From the NCBI RefSeq assembly GCF_006345805.1, contig NC_043009.1, positions 69,068,001 through 69,132,000 on the forward strand: a DNA stretch of 64,000 nt, in the 5' to 3' direction. The notes under the pieces were generated by a model. It saw nothing but the letters and a program-made list of their open reading frames with translations, ran no database searches and was not told the origin of the DNA. This document shows, piece after piece, positions 52,214 through 64,000 of the stretch (position 1 is its first letter; each line of letters opens with the position of its first letter). This DNA comes from Octopus sinensis. Lineage: Eukaryota. Both the position numbers and the translations under genes were made by a program.

Positions 52214-52607
52214 TATATACACACAATATATATACATATGTATATAATACATATATTATATTATATTATATATATATATTATATTATAAACATATATATA
52301 TAAATGCTTTAATTTAATTATTTAAACAATTTTTTTAAAACCAAAACTATGGAAGTTAAAAAATTAAAAGCATACTTTAATGGTTAGTAGTACTAACCAT
52401 TGATCTGTATTGATTTTTATAACTTGCATTGTTTTGACTTAAAAACATATTTAAGACATATATATTATATATATATATATATATAATATATATATTTATA
52501 CATATATATATATATATATATATTTATACATATATTATATATATATTATATATATATATATACATACATATATATATATTATACATATACATATATATAT
52601 ATATATT

Positions 52608-52646
<39 letters not shown>

Positions 52647-55293
52647 GTGTGTGTGTGTGTGTGACTCTGAATTAATGCTTTCTAAGTTGCAATGGGAAAT
52701 ATTACTAGTTTTCACTCCTCATTGTCTTTGTAGGACACTCACCCTTCACATCAACGCACATCTATCATAATACAAGACCTGACCCAACCAATTCTGACTA
52801 GAAACTCAGAAAAAAAAAGTGAAGAAGTTACTCTCTGCCCCTTACTGCTCCATGAAAAATCCTGACCATATTTTTGCATCATCAACAAACAATAATCCCG
52901 TCCCCAAAACCTTCCCAAAGAGAATTCTAATGAAAACATGGGGTGGGGGATATAGATTTGACTGGAAGATAAAGATTATAAGGAAAAGAACTTTTGACAT
53001 AACTCAACGAAAGCAATTTGGCCAAAATTACAGAAGAAGGGAGCCATAGATGAATCTAATATGGTCCAGCCATCTTATATGACATGGGTTCAATCTCTGT
53101 ATGAAGCCATTTCACTTCATTTGATTTCTTTTGATTTAATTTCATTTGACAAAGACTTTTGAGAAGCATGATCCTCACAACGTATCCGTTTATTTTCTTG
53201 CTGTAAAATCTGTGTCACTGTGTGTCTCTAAGCAAAAGAAACACAGTCTGTAACATCCATGGGAGTTTATGCAGCTGCACTTGGTCCTCACTTCATTTGG
53301 TTCCTCATTTTGGATAACCATTGTTTGTAAAGGCAAAATAAACAATTCTGGAATGAGGAATTTTCTTGAAACAGCAACAACAACAAACAAAGCAGCAAAA
53401 CTGACAACTTCATCCACATCAACACCATTGTATTTCTTTGTTCTATCTCTCTGTCTCGCACACTAGCACGTGTGTGTGTGTGTAATAGGTACAAGCATGA
53501 GTGTGTAGTTAAGTGGTTTACTTCCCAACGATATGGTTTTGAATTCAATCCCACAACATGGCATCCTGGTTTGTAGCCTCAAGTTCATCTATACTGTGTG
53601 AGTGGAATTTGATTGAAAGGAACCAATAAAACACACACGCACATATGCAGACACACATACACACACATATGTAAAGGAAAAAATGACTGAGAAGGATGAC
53701 AAAAATTTTACAGAAAGAATGGAAAATATAAAACAAGGAATGCAAACCTGCTCTACCCCACATCAGTTGCCAAACAAGTATATATATATAGTGTGAGAGA
53801 GAGAGAGCTGTACTGTTGTGGAGCACATCCTCAGTGGCAGGTGGTAAAACAGTCCCTAAATAGATATAAAAGTTACCTGTGAAGAATTCACGTTGATGGT
53901 TTATAAGGAGCCACAGGTGAAGAATGACAACAGCATTTAGGGTTCAGCAATTCAAAAGAGACATTTGTTGGCTCTGTATAAAACATGAGAGTGGTGTGAG
54001 AAGATTGAGAAGACGGGTGAAGGTCATCTTCAAATGAACCATTCTCCCATCATGTACTGGCTGGACAGGGACAGCTTGGATGTGGCAGGGCTCAGCATCA
54101 CCAAAGTCTTAGTATAAAAGAATCTCTCTGCCCATCCCTCCCCCCTCTCTCTCTCTCTTTCAGTGTGTATATATATATATATATAAATATATATAATAGG
54201 TTTATAGAGGCGAATTGGCAGAGTTGTATGAGCAGAAGCTGGAATGGTTTGCAGTATTTAATCATTTAATCAGTCTGCATTTTCTGTTTAAATCTTGCCA
54301 CGGTCAACTTTGCCTTTTTGTCCTTTTCGGGGATGATCCAGGGGTGTTGGAACTGTTAAGACATTGTGCAGGATGCTCTTTGCTACCTGTTCCAGTTCCT
54401 TGCAATCTGACCCCCAATTCCTGCACTGACACTGATGTGAAGCTGTACTAGCCCTTACCTGACCTGTTCCCTTTGGACATCAGTGGTGTGGAGCTATATG
54501 ACTTGGGCCAGTAAGAATAAGCATTGCCCTCCTTGAACCCATTTCAAGCACTGTCGACAGGATACAGATGCCTAACCCTTTCGTTACATCTTCTCATTCT
54601 CAAGATGATGCTCTCTACTTTAATCTCCATTAACATTTTTTCCTTTTTTGTTCTCTCATATTAATTAAGAGAAAATTTTAAATAATTAACTGAAATCAAC
54701 TGAAATTTATTTTATCATATTAAGATTTTTGGTGTCATAAAAAAATGAAAAGTTGTTAAATTTATTAACTTATTAATGACCCAAAAAGACAAATGCCATG
54801 ATATGAGAAAACTCAGCTTGTATTGAGCTCACTTCACGACTCAGTTTGAAATCCTCTGTGAAGCTGTTTTCATTTCACTTCATTTTGTTTCACAATTCTA
54901 ATGTCTAATGTTGTTGTTGGGAAAAGCATGAATGTTATAACATCCCTTTTACACCTTTCATCCTTTGTAAATCTGTGCTATTTTGCCGATGCAAGAAACT
55001 GATTAAATTTCAAAAAACCAAAAATAGTGTTGTCCTGTTTTCTACAAAACCAGAAAACAACTTTGGTTTCATCAGAAATTTTTTTCTCCTTTGTATAAGT
55101 GTTTATGTATTTCTGAGTGTGTACATATATATATACACACAAACACACACATACATATATACGCACACACACACACATATTTGTGTGTATGCGCATATAT
55201 CTGTATGTGTATATAAATATATGTTATACACACCAGTAACTATACGTACAAATATAAATACCTCCTTGAAAATATAAATATATATATAATATA

Positions 55294-55324
<31 letters not shown>

Positions 55325-55982
55325 AAAGCATTTCTTATTCTGTGATTCCTTTCACTTTTCTCCATATAATATTTAACTTTTTTTAAAAAACAAACCTTTT
55401 TCTTTTCATTGTGATACTAGAAATACCAAGAATGGCATGAGAACTCAATCCGGTTTTGTTAATAGCATTATTGCACACAAATTAAACCATATTTATTTTG
55501 TTGAGTGAGATGAACCACAGCCTATGTGTGCATGCGAGTGATGACTGATGTAAAATGTTTCCCCATTAAAATCTGCAGTTTTGAAAATACCTCTTTTCAT
55601 TGTTTTAGATGCTGGTTTCAAATCCCAGTAGAAACATAAAAAATCTTTTGTCTGTCTCTATTTTGGATTTGAAAATATAAATTCCAATAATATATCAAGG
55701 TTTGATTCAAGCAGCTGTTCCTACTTTTAAAGATGGGGTGGGATTGAGAGGTGGAAACGGTATAAAATATTTCTTCCTTGGAGGAATTAATTTTGAAAAT
55801 TTCTGTTTTATCTTTCTTAAATCTTAATTCCAATATATACCTGACACTCTCTTATATTTTCTGGTTCAATAAAACAAGCACCAGCATGCACACACACATG
55901 TATATACATGTGTATATGCACATGCATGTATATGTGTGTGTATATATATGCATATATACATCTGCTTACAAATATATATGTG

Positions 55983-56020
<38 letters not shown>

Positions 56021-56082
56021 ATAGAAATGGCAAGATAACAAAAGAATGAAAGAGACCTCAATATTATGTAAGTAGAGGAATT

Positions 56083-56316
56083 TATCTGTAAATGTAATAT
56101 GTGACAATTATTCAGTAGCCGTGATAAAACTCCGAGTTTTGGATGTCAGGGCAGAAACCTACACTGCCATCTCTTCAGTTATCGACCTATCGAAAAAAAA
56201 TGCTATTTTTATCGATGGCCCAATAACTGAAGAGATGCTGGTGTGGGTTTCCGCCCTGACATCCAAAACTCAGTTTTATCATGGCTACCGAATAATTGTC
56301 ACATATTACATTACAG

Positions 56317-56319
<3 letters not shown>
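56083..56319. repeat. Foldback element, arms ~105-110 bp, imperfect
   Basis: tatctgtaaatgtaatatgtgacaattattc... is mirrored by ...gaataattgtcacatattacattacagata, with roughly ten differences and a very short loop. Confidence 0.9.
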
Positions 56320-56350
<31 letters not shown>

Positions 56351-56393
56351 AATATTATATATATATAATATATATATATATATATAATTATGT

Positions 56394-56439
<46 letters not shown>

Positions 56440-56610
56440 ATATATATATATGATATATATATATATATATATATATTGTAGATATATATATTATATAGAG
56501 ATATATATATATATATAGATGTATGTATGTATATATATATATATAGATATATATATATAATGATATATGTATATATAGATATATATTATATATATATATA
56601 TGTATGTATG

Positions 56611-56642
<32 letters not shown>

Positions 56643-56738
56643 ATGATATGTATGTAGATATATATATAGATATATATATATATATAGATGTATATATATA
56701 TATATATATAGATATATATATATATATGTATGTGTATA

Positions 56739-56784
<46 letters not shown>

Positions 56785-56945
56785 ATATATATATATATTA
56801 TATATCTATATGTATGTATATAATATATATATATATATATGTATGGTATATATATATATATATTATATATATATATATGTATGTATATGATATATATATA
56901 TATATATGTATGTATATATATTATATATATATATATATATGTATG

Positions 56946-56982
<37 letters not shown>

Positions 56983-57060
56983 ATATATATATAATATATA
57001 TATAATATATATGTATGTATGTATATATATATATATATATATATATTAATGTATGTATGT

Positions 57061-57106
<46 letters not shown>

Positions 57107-57126
57107 ATATATAATATATATATATG

Positions 57127-57169
<43 letters not shown>

Positions 57170-57220
57170 TATATATATATATATATATGTATGATATATA
57201 TATATATATATATATGTATG

Positions 57221-57251
<31 letters not shown>

Positions 57252-57707
57252 GTATATATATATATATGTATGTATGTATATATATATATATGTATGTATG
57301 TATGTATATATATATATATGTATGTATGTATGTATATATATATATATGTATGTATGTATGTATATATATATATATGTATGTATGTATGTATATATATATA
57401 TATGTATGTATATATATATATTATATATATGTATGTATGTATGTATATATATATATATGTATGTATATATATATATATGTATGTATGATTGTATATATAT
57501 ATATATGTATGTATGTATGTATATATATATATGTATGATGTATGTATATATATATGTATGTTATGTATGTATGTATATATATATATTGTATGTATGTATG
57601 TATATATATATATTGTATGTATGTATATATATATATGTATGTATGTTGTAGTATGTATAAATATATGTATGTATGTATGTATATATATATGTATGTATGT
57701 ATGTATG

Positions 57708-57738
<31 letters not shown>

Positions 57739-57821
57739 ATATATATATATGTATGTATGTATATATATATAATATAATATATATATAGGTATGTATATAT
57801 ATATATATGTATGTATGTATG

Positions 57822-57865
<44 letters not shown>

Positions 57866-58298
57866 ATATATATATTATTATGTATGTATATAATATATAT
57901 GTATGTATGTATTGTATATATATATATATATATATGGTAGTATATAATATATATATATGTATGTATGTATGTATATAATAATATATATATATGTATATAT
58001 ATATGTATGTATGTATGTATATATATATATATATAATGTATATATATATGTATGTATGTATGAATATATATATCTATATATATATATATATGTATGTATG
58101 TATTATATATGCATGTATGTATGTATATATATATGTATGATGTATGTATATATATATGTATGTATGTATGTATATATATTATATGTATGTATGTATGTAT
58201 ATATATATATGTATGTATGTATGTATATATATATATGTATGTATGTATGATATATATATGTATGTATGTATGTATATATTATATATATATGATGTATG

Positions 58299-58329
<31 letters not shown>

Positions 58330-58370
58330 ATAATATAATATATATATATATATATATATAATATATATCA
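56320..58370. repeat. ~2-kb compound (TA)n/(TATG)n microsatellite array
   Basis: Directly visible. All ORFs called here are repeat read-throughs. Confidence 0.98.
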
Positions 58371-58659
58371 AATCATCTAAGAATCCATGTCAAAAAAATA
58401 GGCACCTATATATTTGTCAATAGAGTAGGTATATCAATCAAAATATACAGAATTATAGATCCATTTCAGCCGATCTTGCCAATCACTTTGACACTGAGTA
58501 TTAGATAACGGGATGTTAGATTACCACACAGTTTATGTATGCTCTGAAGAGCATGTGGCATTAATTAATATGCTGTTATCTAATACCAGTGTGAAACCAA
58601 TCGGGACGATTGGTTGAAATGGATTTATAGTATTGTATACTTTGATATTGGTACATATA

Positions 58660-58710
<51 letters not shown>

Positions 58711-60846
58711 CATATATGTGTATGTATGTATGTATGTATATGCTGGTTGTAAAATAAACATTTCAGAACCGTAATAGATTGATTTGCTATGACAAAGAGT
58801 TAAAGTTTCTATCATATCAAATTGTATCTCTTAGTTAGAAGGTATTGTTTGGAACCTAAGGAATTTCACTCTTCTTCACAGCAAACCAATTAATTCCACT
58901 TTTGAACTTTTTTGGGTTAGTTACTGACACCAGCCACTGTTAATTTCCTTGGATTCTGCTCTTTATTTTATTGCATACATTACTGTTGAGTCAATCAGTT
59001 ACACCCAACCTATCCAAAAAAAAAAAAAAAAAACAACTTTTTGGTCATTTTACTGGAATTCAGTTTAAATTATTTCATTAATATTTACATATAGTGAGGG
59101 TGTGTGATCAACAGAATTTATACAATATTGGGACAAAATGCCTTGCAGTATTTAGTTGTTTCATAATGTTTTGATTTTGTATCCTGCCAAGGTAGACTTT
59201 GCCATCTTTTGTCCATTTGGTAATAAAATACCAGTCATGTACTAGGAGAGGTGAGGATATAATAGATTTTTACCCCACCCTCTAAAATGTGTGGCCTTTT
59301 GTATGCCTGTCTTAGAATACAACATTAACCCCAAGTCAGCTTTGTTTTCATGTATATATTGGTTGTTTCACTCCTTAAATGGTTAACAAACAAATATGAT
59401 ATATTTAGTGATAAAACAATCATCTGACAGAATAATAATTTTTTCCTTTTAATGAGTAAGAGGTGAGAATTATATTGCTGTCCACTCTCAAAATATGCCT
59501 GTAATTAACCCATATTTCAATTTTTTTTTCACCAGATTTTCACATTAACACAAATTTTCCCTCCATGTTGGTTGCTACAACGATGTAACCGATATATATA
59601 TATATATTATACATGTAATATAATATATATATACATATATACACATACACACATGCATATATGTGGATGTGTCTATATGTATGTGTGTGTGTATCAAGAA
59701 AAATTTTTGTCATTTTATTTTTTACTAACATTATGGGTTGTATTTTTTGCTTGCTTTCACTTCAGTTTAACCATATATGGTTATTAGAGATTGATTATAT
59801 CTCTCCCTCCCCTTCTATCTCTCGCACACACTCACACACCAAATGCTCTTCAATGTCACCAAAATATTTTTCTTGATTTTTTTTTTACAGTTTTATTTCT
59901 CTTTCCAAATACTTTTTATCATTATAATGAACCTATCGAACAATTAGTTTTTTGCTAGTCATTTTCTGATATATATATATATATATATATATTAAACAAA
60001 ATTTTCTGTTTCCTATTTGGAGGAATGCATGAAAATAAATTTTAAAAGATAATATCAAAAATCCACTGCCGTAGTCTTTGTAAAGCACCAAAGTTTTGAC
60101 CTTCTTCACAATGTTCTGTGTTAAATTTATCAGAAGTAAGCTTGCAACAAATTGAATGTGTTGCAGTTTCAATTCCCAGATAGTGTGCCTGTCACTATTA
60201 TCCCCAAAATATAACTGGTATCAACATTGTACAATTTCATTTCTCTTTTCTCCTGTCTTGTTTGTGCCTATGTAACAAATTTTTTGATGAGTAATGTTGG
60301 CTAAAACCTCCGTACCCATCAGCCTGACCCTTCAGTCTAGGTTCAGTTCCTAGTTTCAGCCACTTCTTATAATACACCTCAAACAAACAAAAGAATCCTG
60401 CATGAATTCTATTTAGTCTCATTTCCATCTGTGTTCTCTCTGAATATAGGAGTCTTGGACCTGTGTTGTAAAACCTTCTTCTAGGCTTGTAATGAGTAAT
60501 TGTATGATAAAAGGAATTCTTCTTTTACCAAACTGTGTCAGTAAACCTGGTTTCGATCCCTGAGCAGAAGTGTTTCCCTCCAAATAATCCTTCAAAATTT
60601 GAGGAGTTTGGTCCTTGTTATTTCTGCCTTTTTTCTTAAGATTTTGTAATCGTGTTAGAAAAATATTTTAGGTATTTAGCAAGAATAAACTGAAAGTTTA
60701 ATCCAGTTTTTTTTATTAGTCCTCAAGCCATGGGGCCATTTGACACACTGTTTCTTTTCCCTACACACACACATATATATATATACATATAAATCGTCTG
60801 TAAAAACATAAATTCGAAAAAGAAACACACTCTAAGTTATAGAGCA

Positions 60847-61016
60847 GTGTGTATTAAAGTTAGATAAGGCTAGTTTATGGGATTACCTTAGGTTCCACAT
60901 CCATAAAGGGCCTGGCTTTGTTTGGAATCTGATGATACGCCATAAAGCCAGACCCTTTATGGACGTGGAACCTAAAGTAATCCCATAAACTGGCCTTATC
61001 TAACTTTAATACACAC
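60847..61016. repeat. Foldback element with 73-bp arms
   Basis: Arms 60847-60919 and 60944-61016 with a 24-nt loop and four transition mismatches. Confidence 0.93.
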
Positions 61017-62049
61017 ACACACACACACACACACACACCTGCACATAAATATCATTGTTGTTATTGAGCATCTGTTTCCCATGCTGGCATGAGATGAACG
61101 GTTGAAGTCAGACTGCACCAATCTCTGCTTTGGCCTGGTCCCTATGGCTGGATGCCCTTCCTAACATCAACCAATCTACACACTCTATGAATATCACAAA
61201 CACACACTTTCCCTTTTTGCTCTCTATCTTTGTAACTTCTCTATTTTTCTTTTATCATTTTTTTATCCTTCTCTCTCACTTTGCACATTCTTTTACTCTC
61301 TTCTCCTCTCTCTTACTCTCCCATCACTTTTCCATACTCCGCTTCTCTCTCCTCGTCTCTTCCCCTCTCACCTACAGAACCTTGCCTTTATTAATCACAT
61401 CCCTAACAACACAAAGCATTCTGTGTCCCTTTTTATCTGCTTTTATATCTTGGTCTGAATAAACGACTGCATTAACCTTCTCTGTCCTTCTCCACTCTTT
61501 GTAGGAAGAAGTGATCGCTATATTCATTGTTTGTACTTCCAGCTTTAACTTCAATAGTTTCGTTAGTTTTCAATTAATGTAGAAAATGCTATGAAGAATC
61601 CAAAATACTTGCTAAGCAATTTCCCAATCTCCCTTGAAGATACTTAAAACAACAGAATGCATTTACAAGTGTTTTATAATGTTTAGCTTTTGTCCCTCCC
61701 TACATTCTCTGTTCAAATCTTTCCAGGGTTGACTTTTACTTTCAGCACCTCCCAGGTCAGCAAAGTAAGCACCTTTTACATATATCATGGTCAAGTTTAT
61801 TGACCACACTGCTCACATTAGAAACCACTGCTATTGTGGCCCTAGATTTTGTTTCTTACCAAGGTTCCATTCCACATTTCAAAAACACCCACCAAGACCA
61901 TCTTTGCCTTTTGTTTTTCTGGAGTCAATAAAGTATAATACCAGTAAATAACTATTACCGTTGATTTTTATTGCACCCTTTTATGGTTCCACTAAGTGCC
62001 ACCCTGGGTACCTTATGCAAAGCTTTCTCTTCTATTCCGTTGAAATAAT

Positions 62050-62550
62050 GATTCTACTTCGTGTGTGCAATGTCTTATAATACAGGAATTAACCTAATAC
62101 TTGCTGTCTATGGTTGTTCATTTAATCCCTGCTGGATTATCCCTTGATAATCTCACACCTGCTGCTTATGCCATCATTTACATTCGTTAACCTAACTCTT
62201 GCTTCTTATAGCTATTAATTTAACACTTGCTGTATATGGCTGTTAGGACTGCCATTTATGGTTGTTAACTTAACAATTACTCTATATAATTGTTTACCTA
62301 ATACCCATCTTTTTATGGCTATTAACACCTACTGTTTATGGTTGTTAACACCTGTTGTTTATACCTGTCAATCTAACAACTGCTGTTTATAGTTGCTAAC
62401 TTAATACCTGCTGTTTATGGCTGTTAAACTAACACCTGTTTATAACCATTAACATTATGCCTGTTGTTTTTAGATGTTAACTTAATACCTTTTTTCCCCT
62501 TTTCCCTTGATAACTCCACGCTTGCAGTTTATTGCTGTTAACAACTGCTG
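62050..62550. repeat. Degenerate minisatellite (~22-30-bp unit, TAACACCTGCTGTTTATGG(C/T)TGTTAAC-like)
   Basis: About ten diverged recurrences of acctgctgtttatgg(c/t)tgttaac. Confidence 0.75.
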
Positions 62551-62656
62551 TCTTTCGATATTCTTCTAGTTTCTTTGGCTGTTACCAAAAATTGCATCTG
62601 CAAATTTTCAAAATATAAGTATCTGTTGCCACCTCTTTCTGACATTTTTTTCTTTC

Positions 62657-63036
62657 TATATTTAAGAGATGAGGAATTATGTACATTATTTACATTTGAT
62701 GGATATTTGTCCTCATCTTGTTTGTTGTTAGCCCAACGTTTCAGCTGATATACCCTCCAGCCTTCATCAGGTATCTTGAGGAAATTTCGAACTTGGGTTC
62801 TCATTCCTAAGGTATGGCGTAGTGGTTATGAGCACGGGCTACTAACCCCAAGATTCCGAATTCGATTCCAGGCAGTGACCTGAACAATAACAACAACAAC
62901 AATATCGAAAAATACCTTAGGAATGAGAACCCAGGTTCCAAGACACCTGATGAAGGCTGGAGGGTATATCAGCCGAAATGTTGTGTTAACAACAAACAAG
63001 ATGAGGACAAATATCCATCAAATGTAAATAATGTAT
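62657..63036. mobile_element. tRNA-headed hammerhead-bearing short element, locus 2 (5'-truncated inverted copy plus full + copy)
   Basis: Minus partial copy ~62657-62813 with HHR at 62731-62775. The plus copy starts at ~62813 with A box at 62815-25, B box-like ATTCGATTCC at 62860-69, (CAA)n, and HHR at 62942-62987. Confidence 0.85.
62942..62987 (+). ncRNA. Minimal type I hammerhead motif, family 4
   Basis: GACAC CTGATGA a GGCTG gagggtatat CAGCC GAA ATGT T GTGTT. Stem I is 5 bp with one G-U, stem II is 5 bp, and stem III carries a C-to-T change. Confidence 0.7.
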
Positions 63037-63191
63037 CTTTTTCTATTGAGTTCTTTTTTTTTTTTTTTTGCTTTCCTTCAGCATATCACAATCTCCAAAT
63101 ATTTACACACCAAAATTGTCCATTGTCACTTTGGTCACCAAGCTGCAAAAGTCCATTGTAGCTTATGCAATATATTATTATTATTATTATT

Positions 63192-63840
63192 AAGGATATG
63201 TGCTGGCAGAATTGTTGTACACTGGATAAAAAGCCTACCAGCATTTCATTTGTCTCTATGTTCTATGTTCAAATACCACTGAGGTCAGCTTTGCCTTTCA
63301 TCCTTTCAATCAAGTACTGGGGTCAATGATATTGACTTACCACTTACCCTAAAATTGCTGGCCTTGTGCCAAAATTTGAAACCATTATTGTTATTATTAA
63401 GGCGGTGAGCTGGCAGAATTGTTAGCACACCAGGCAAAATGCATTGTGACATTTCATCCGACTTTGTGTTCAGAGTTCAAATTCTGCCGAGTTTGACTTG
63501 GTTTTTCATCCTTTCGCAGTCAATGGAACAAGTACCAGCTTCATACTGGGGTTGATGTAATTGTCTACCCCCTCTCCCAAAATTTCAGGCCTTGTGCCTG
63601 TAGCTGAAAGGCTTGTTATTATTAATATTAAGCAAGCTGGCAGAAGCATTAGCATGCTGGACAAAATGCTTAGTGGTATTTCACCTGTCGCTATGTTCTG
63701 AGTTCAAATTCCACCTAGGTCAACTTTACCTTTCATCCTTTCTGGGTTGATAAATTAAGCACCAATGAAACACTGGGGGTTGATGTTATCAGCTATTCCC
63801 CTCCCCACGCATCTCAGGCCTTGTGCCTATAGTAGAAAAA
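63192..63840 (+). mobile_element. Three head-to-tail tRNA-derived SINE copies
   Basis: Copies start at ~63192, ~63399 and ~63630, each directly after the (TTA)-rich tail of the preceding sequence. Confidence 0.85.
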
Positions 63841-64000
63841 ATTACTACTACTACCATTATTAGCGGTACCATTATGCTGAGGGCTGAGTCCTTCTGGATT
63901 CAACTGTACCACATTCCTGTCAGCGATGTTTGTCAAATTCCCCTCTTGGCCTTCCCTCAACCCATTAATAAAGTTTCATTTTGTAATTAATTAAACCAAT

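Noticed and set aside
53190-53554. Overlapping short ORFs in unique-looking sequence (also 55618-55833)
   Set aside because: No domain similarity or coherent splice structure, so a second gene cannot be supported.
56600-58338. Many 60-175 aa ORFs rich in Y/I/M/C/V (also at 1493-1886, 15297-17634, 46767-47304)
   Set aside because: Read-through of (TA)n, (TG)n and (TATG)n repeats, which lack stop codons in some frames.
60419-60660. Minus-strand DYKIL motif resembling an L1/Tx1 reverse transcriptase
   Set aside because: The frame stops after ~20 codons and downstream residues do not match RT motifs.

Overview
AT-rich, microsatellite-laden animal genomic DNA. The SINE families and repeat landscape suggest an Octopus-like cephalopod (inference, not proven). 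One protein-coding gene is well supported: a plus-strand PGAP2/FRAG1-family gene with four coding exons (18954-19218, 25755-25858, 41226-41334, 45956-46128) that splice in frame to 216 aa plus stop. I could not locate its first coding exon in the window. The rest is TE debris (mariner, DD37D maT, piggyBac, hAT, CR1/L2-like, Helitron-like, MITEs), dozens of tRNA-derived and other SINE copies, and simple repeats. The most striking signal is about eight type I hammerhead ribozyme (HHR) motifs from four sequence families, nearly all with self-complementary stem III. Five of them belong to a short element that joins a tRNA-like Pol III head to an HHR and occurs at two loci as head-to-head inverted copies, a Penelope-like arrangement. 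Several long near-perfect hairpins also occur, including one probably in the PGAP2 3'UTR. Nearly all ORFs in the supplied track are spurious microsatellite or SINE read-throughs. Repeat boundaries are approximate unless terminal sequences are quoted.
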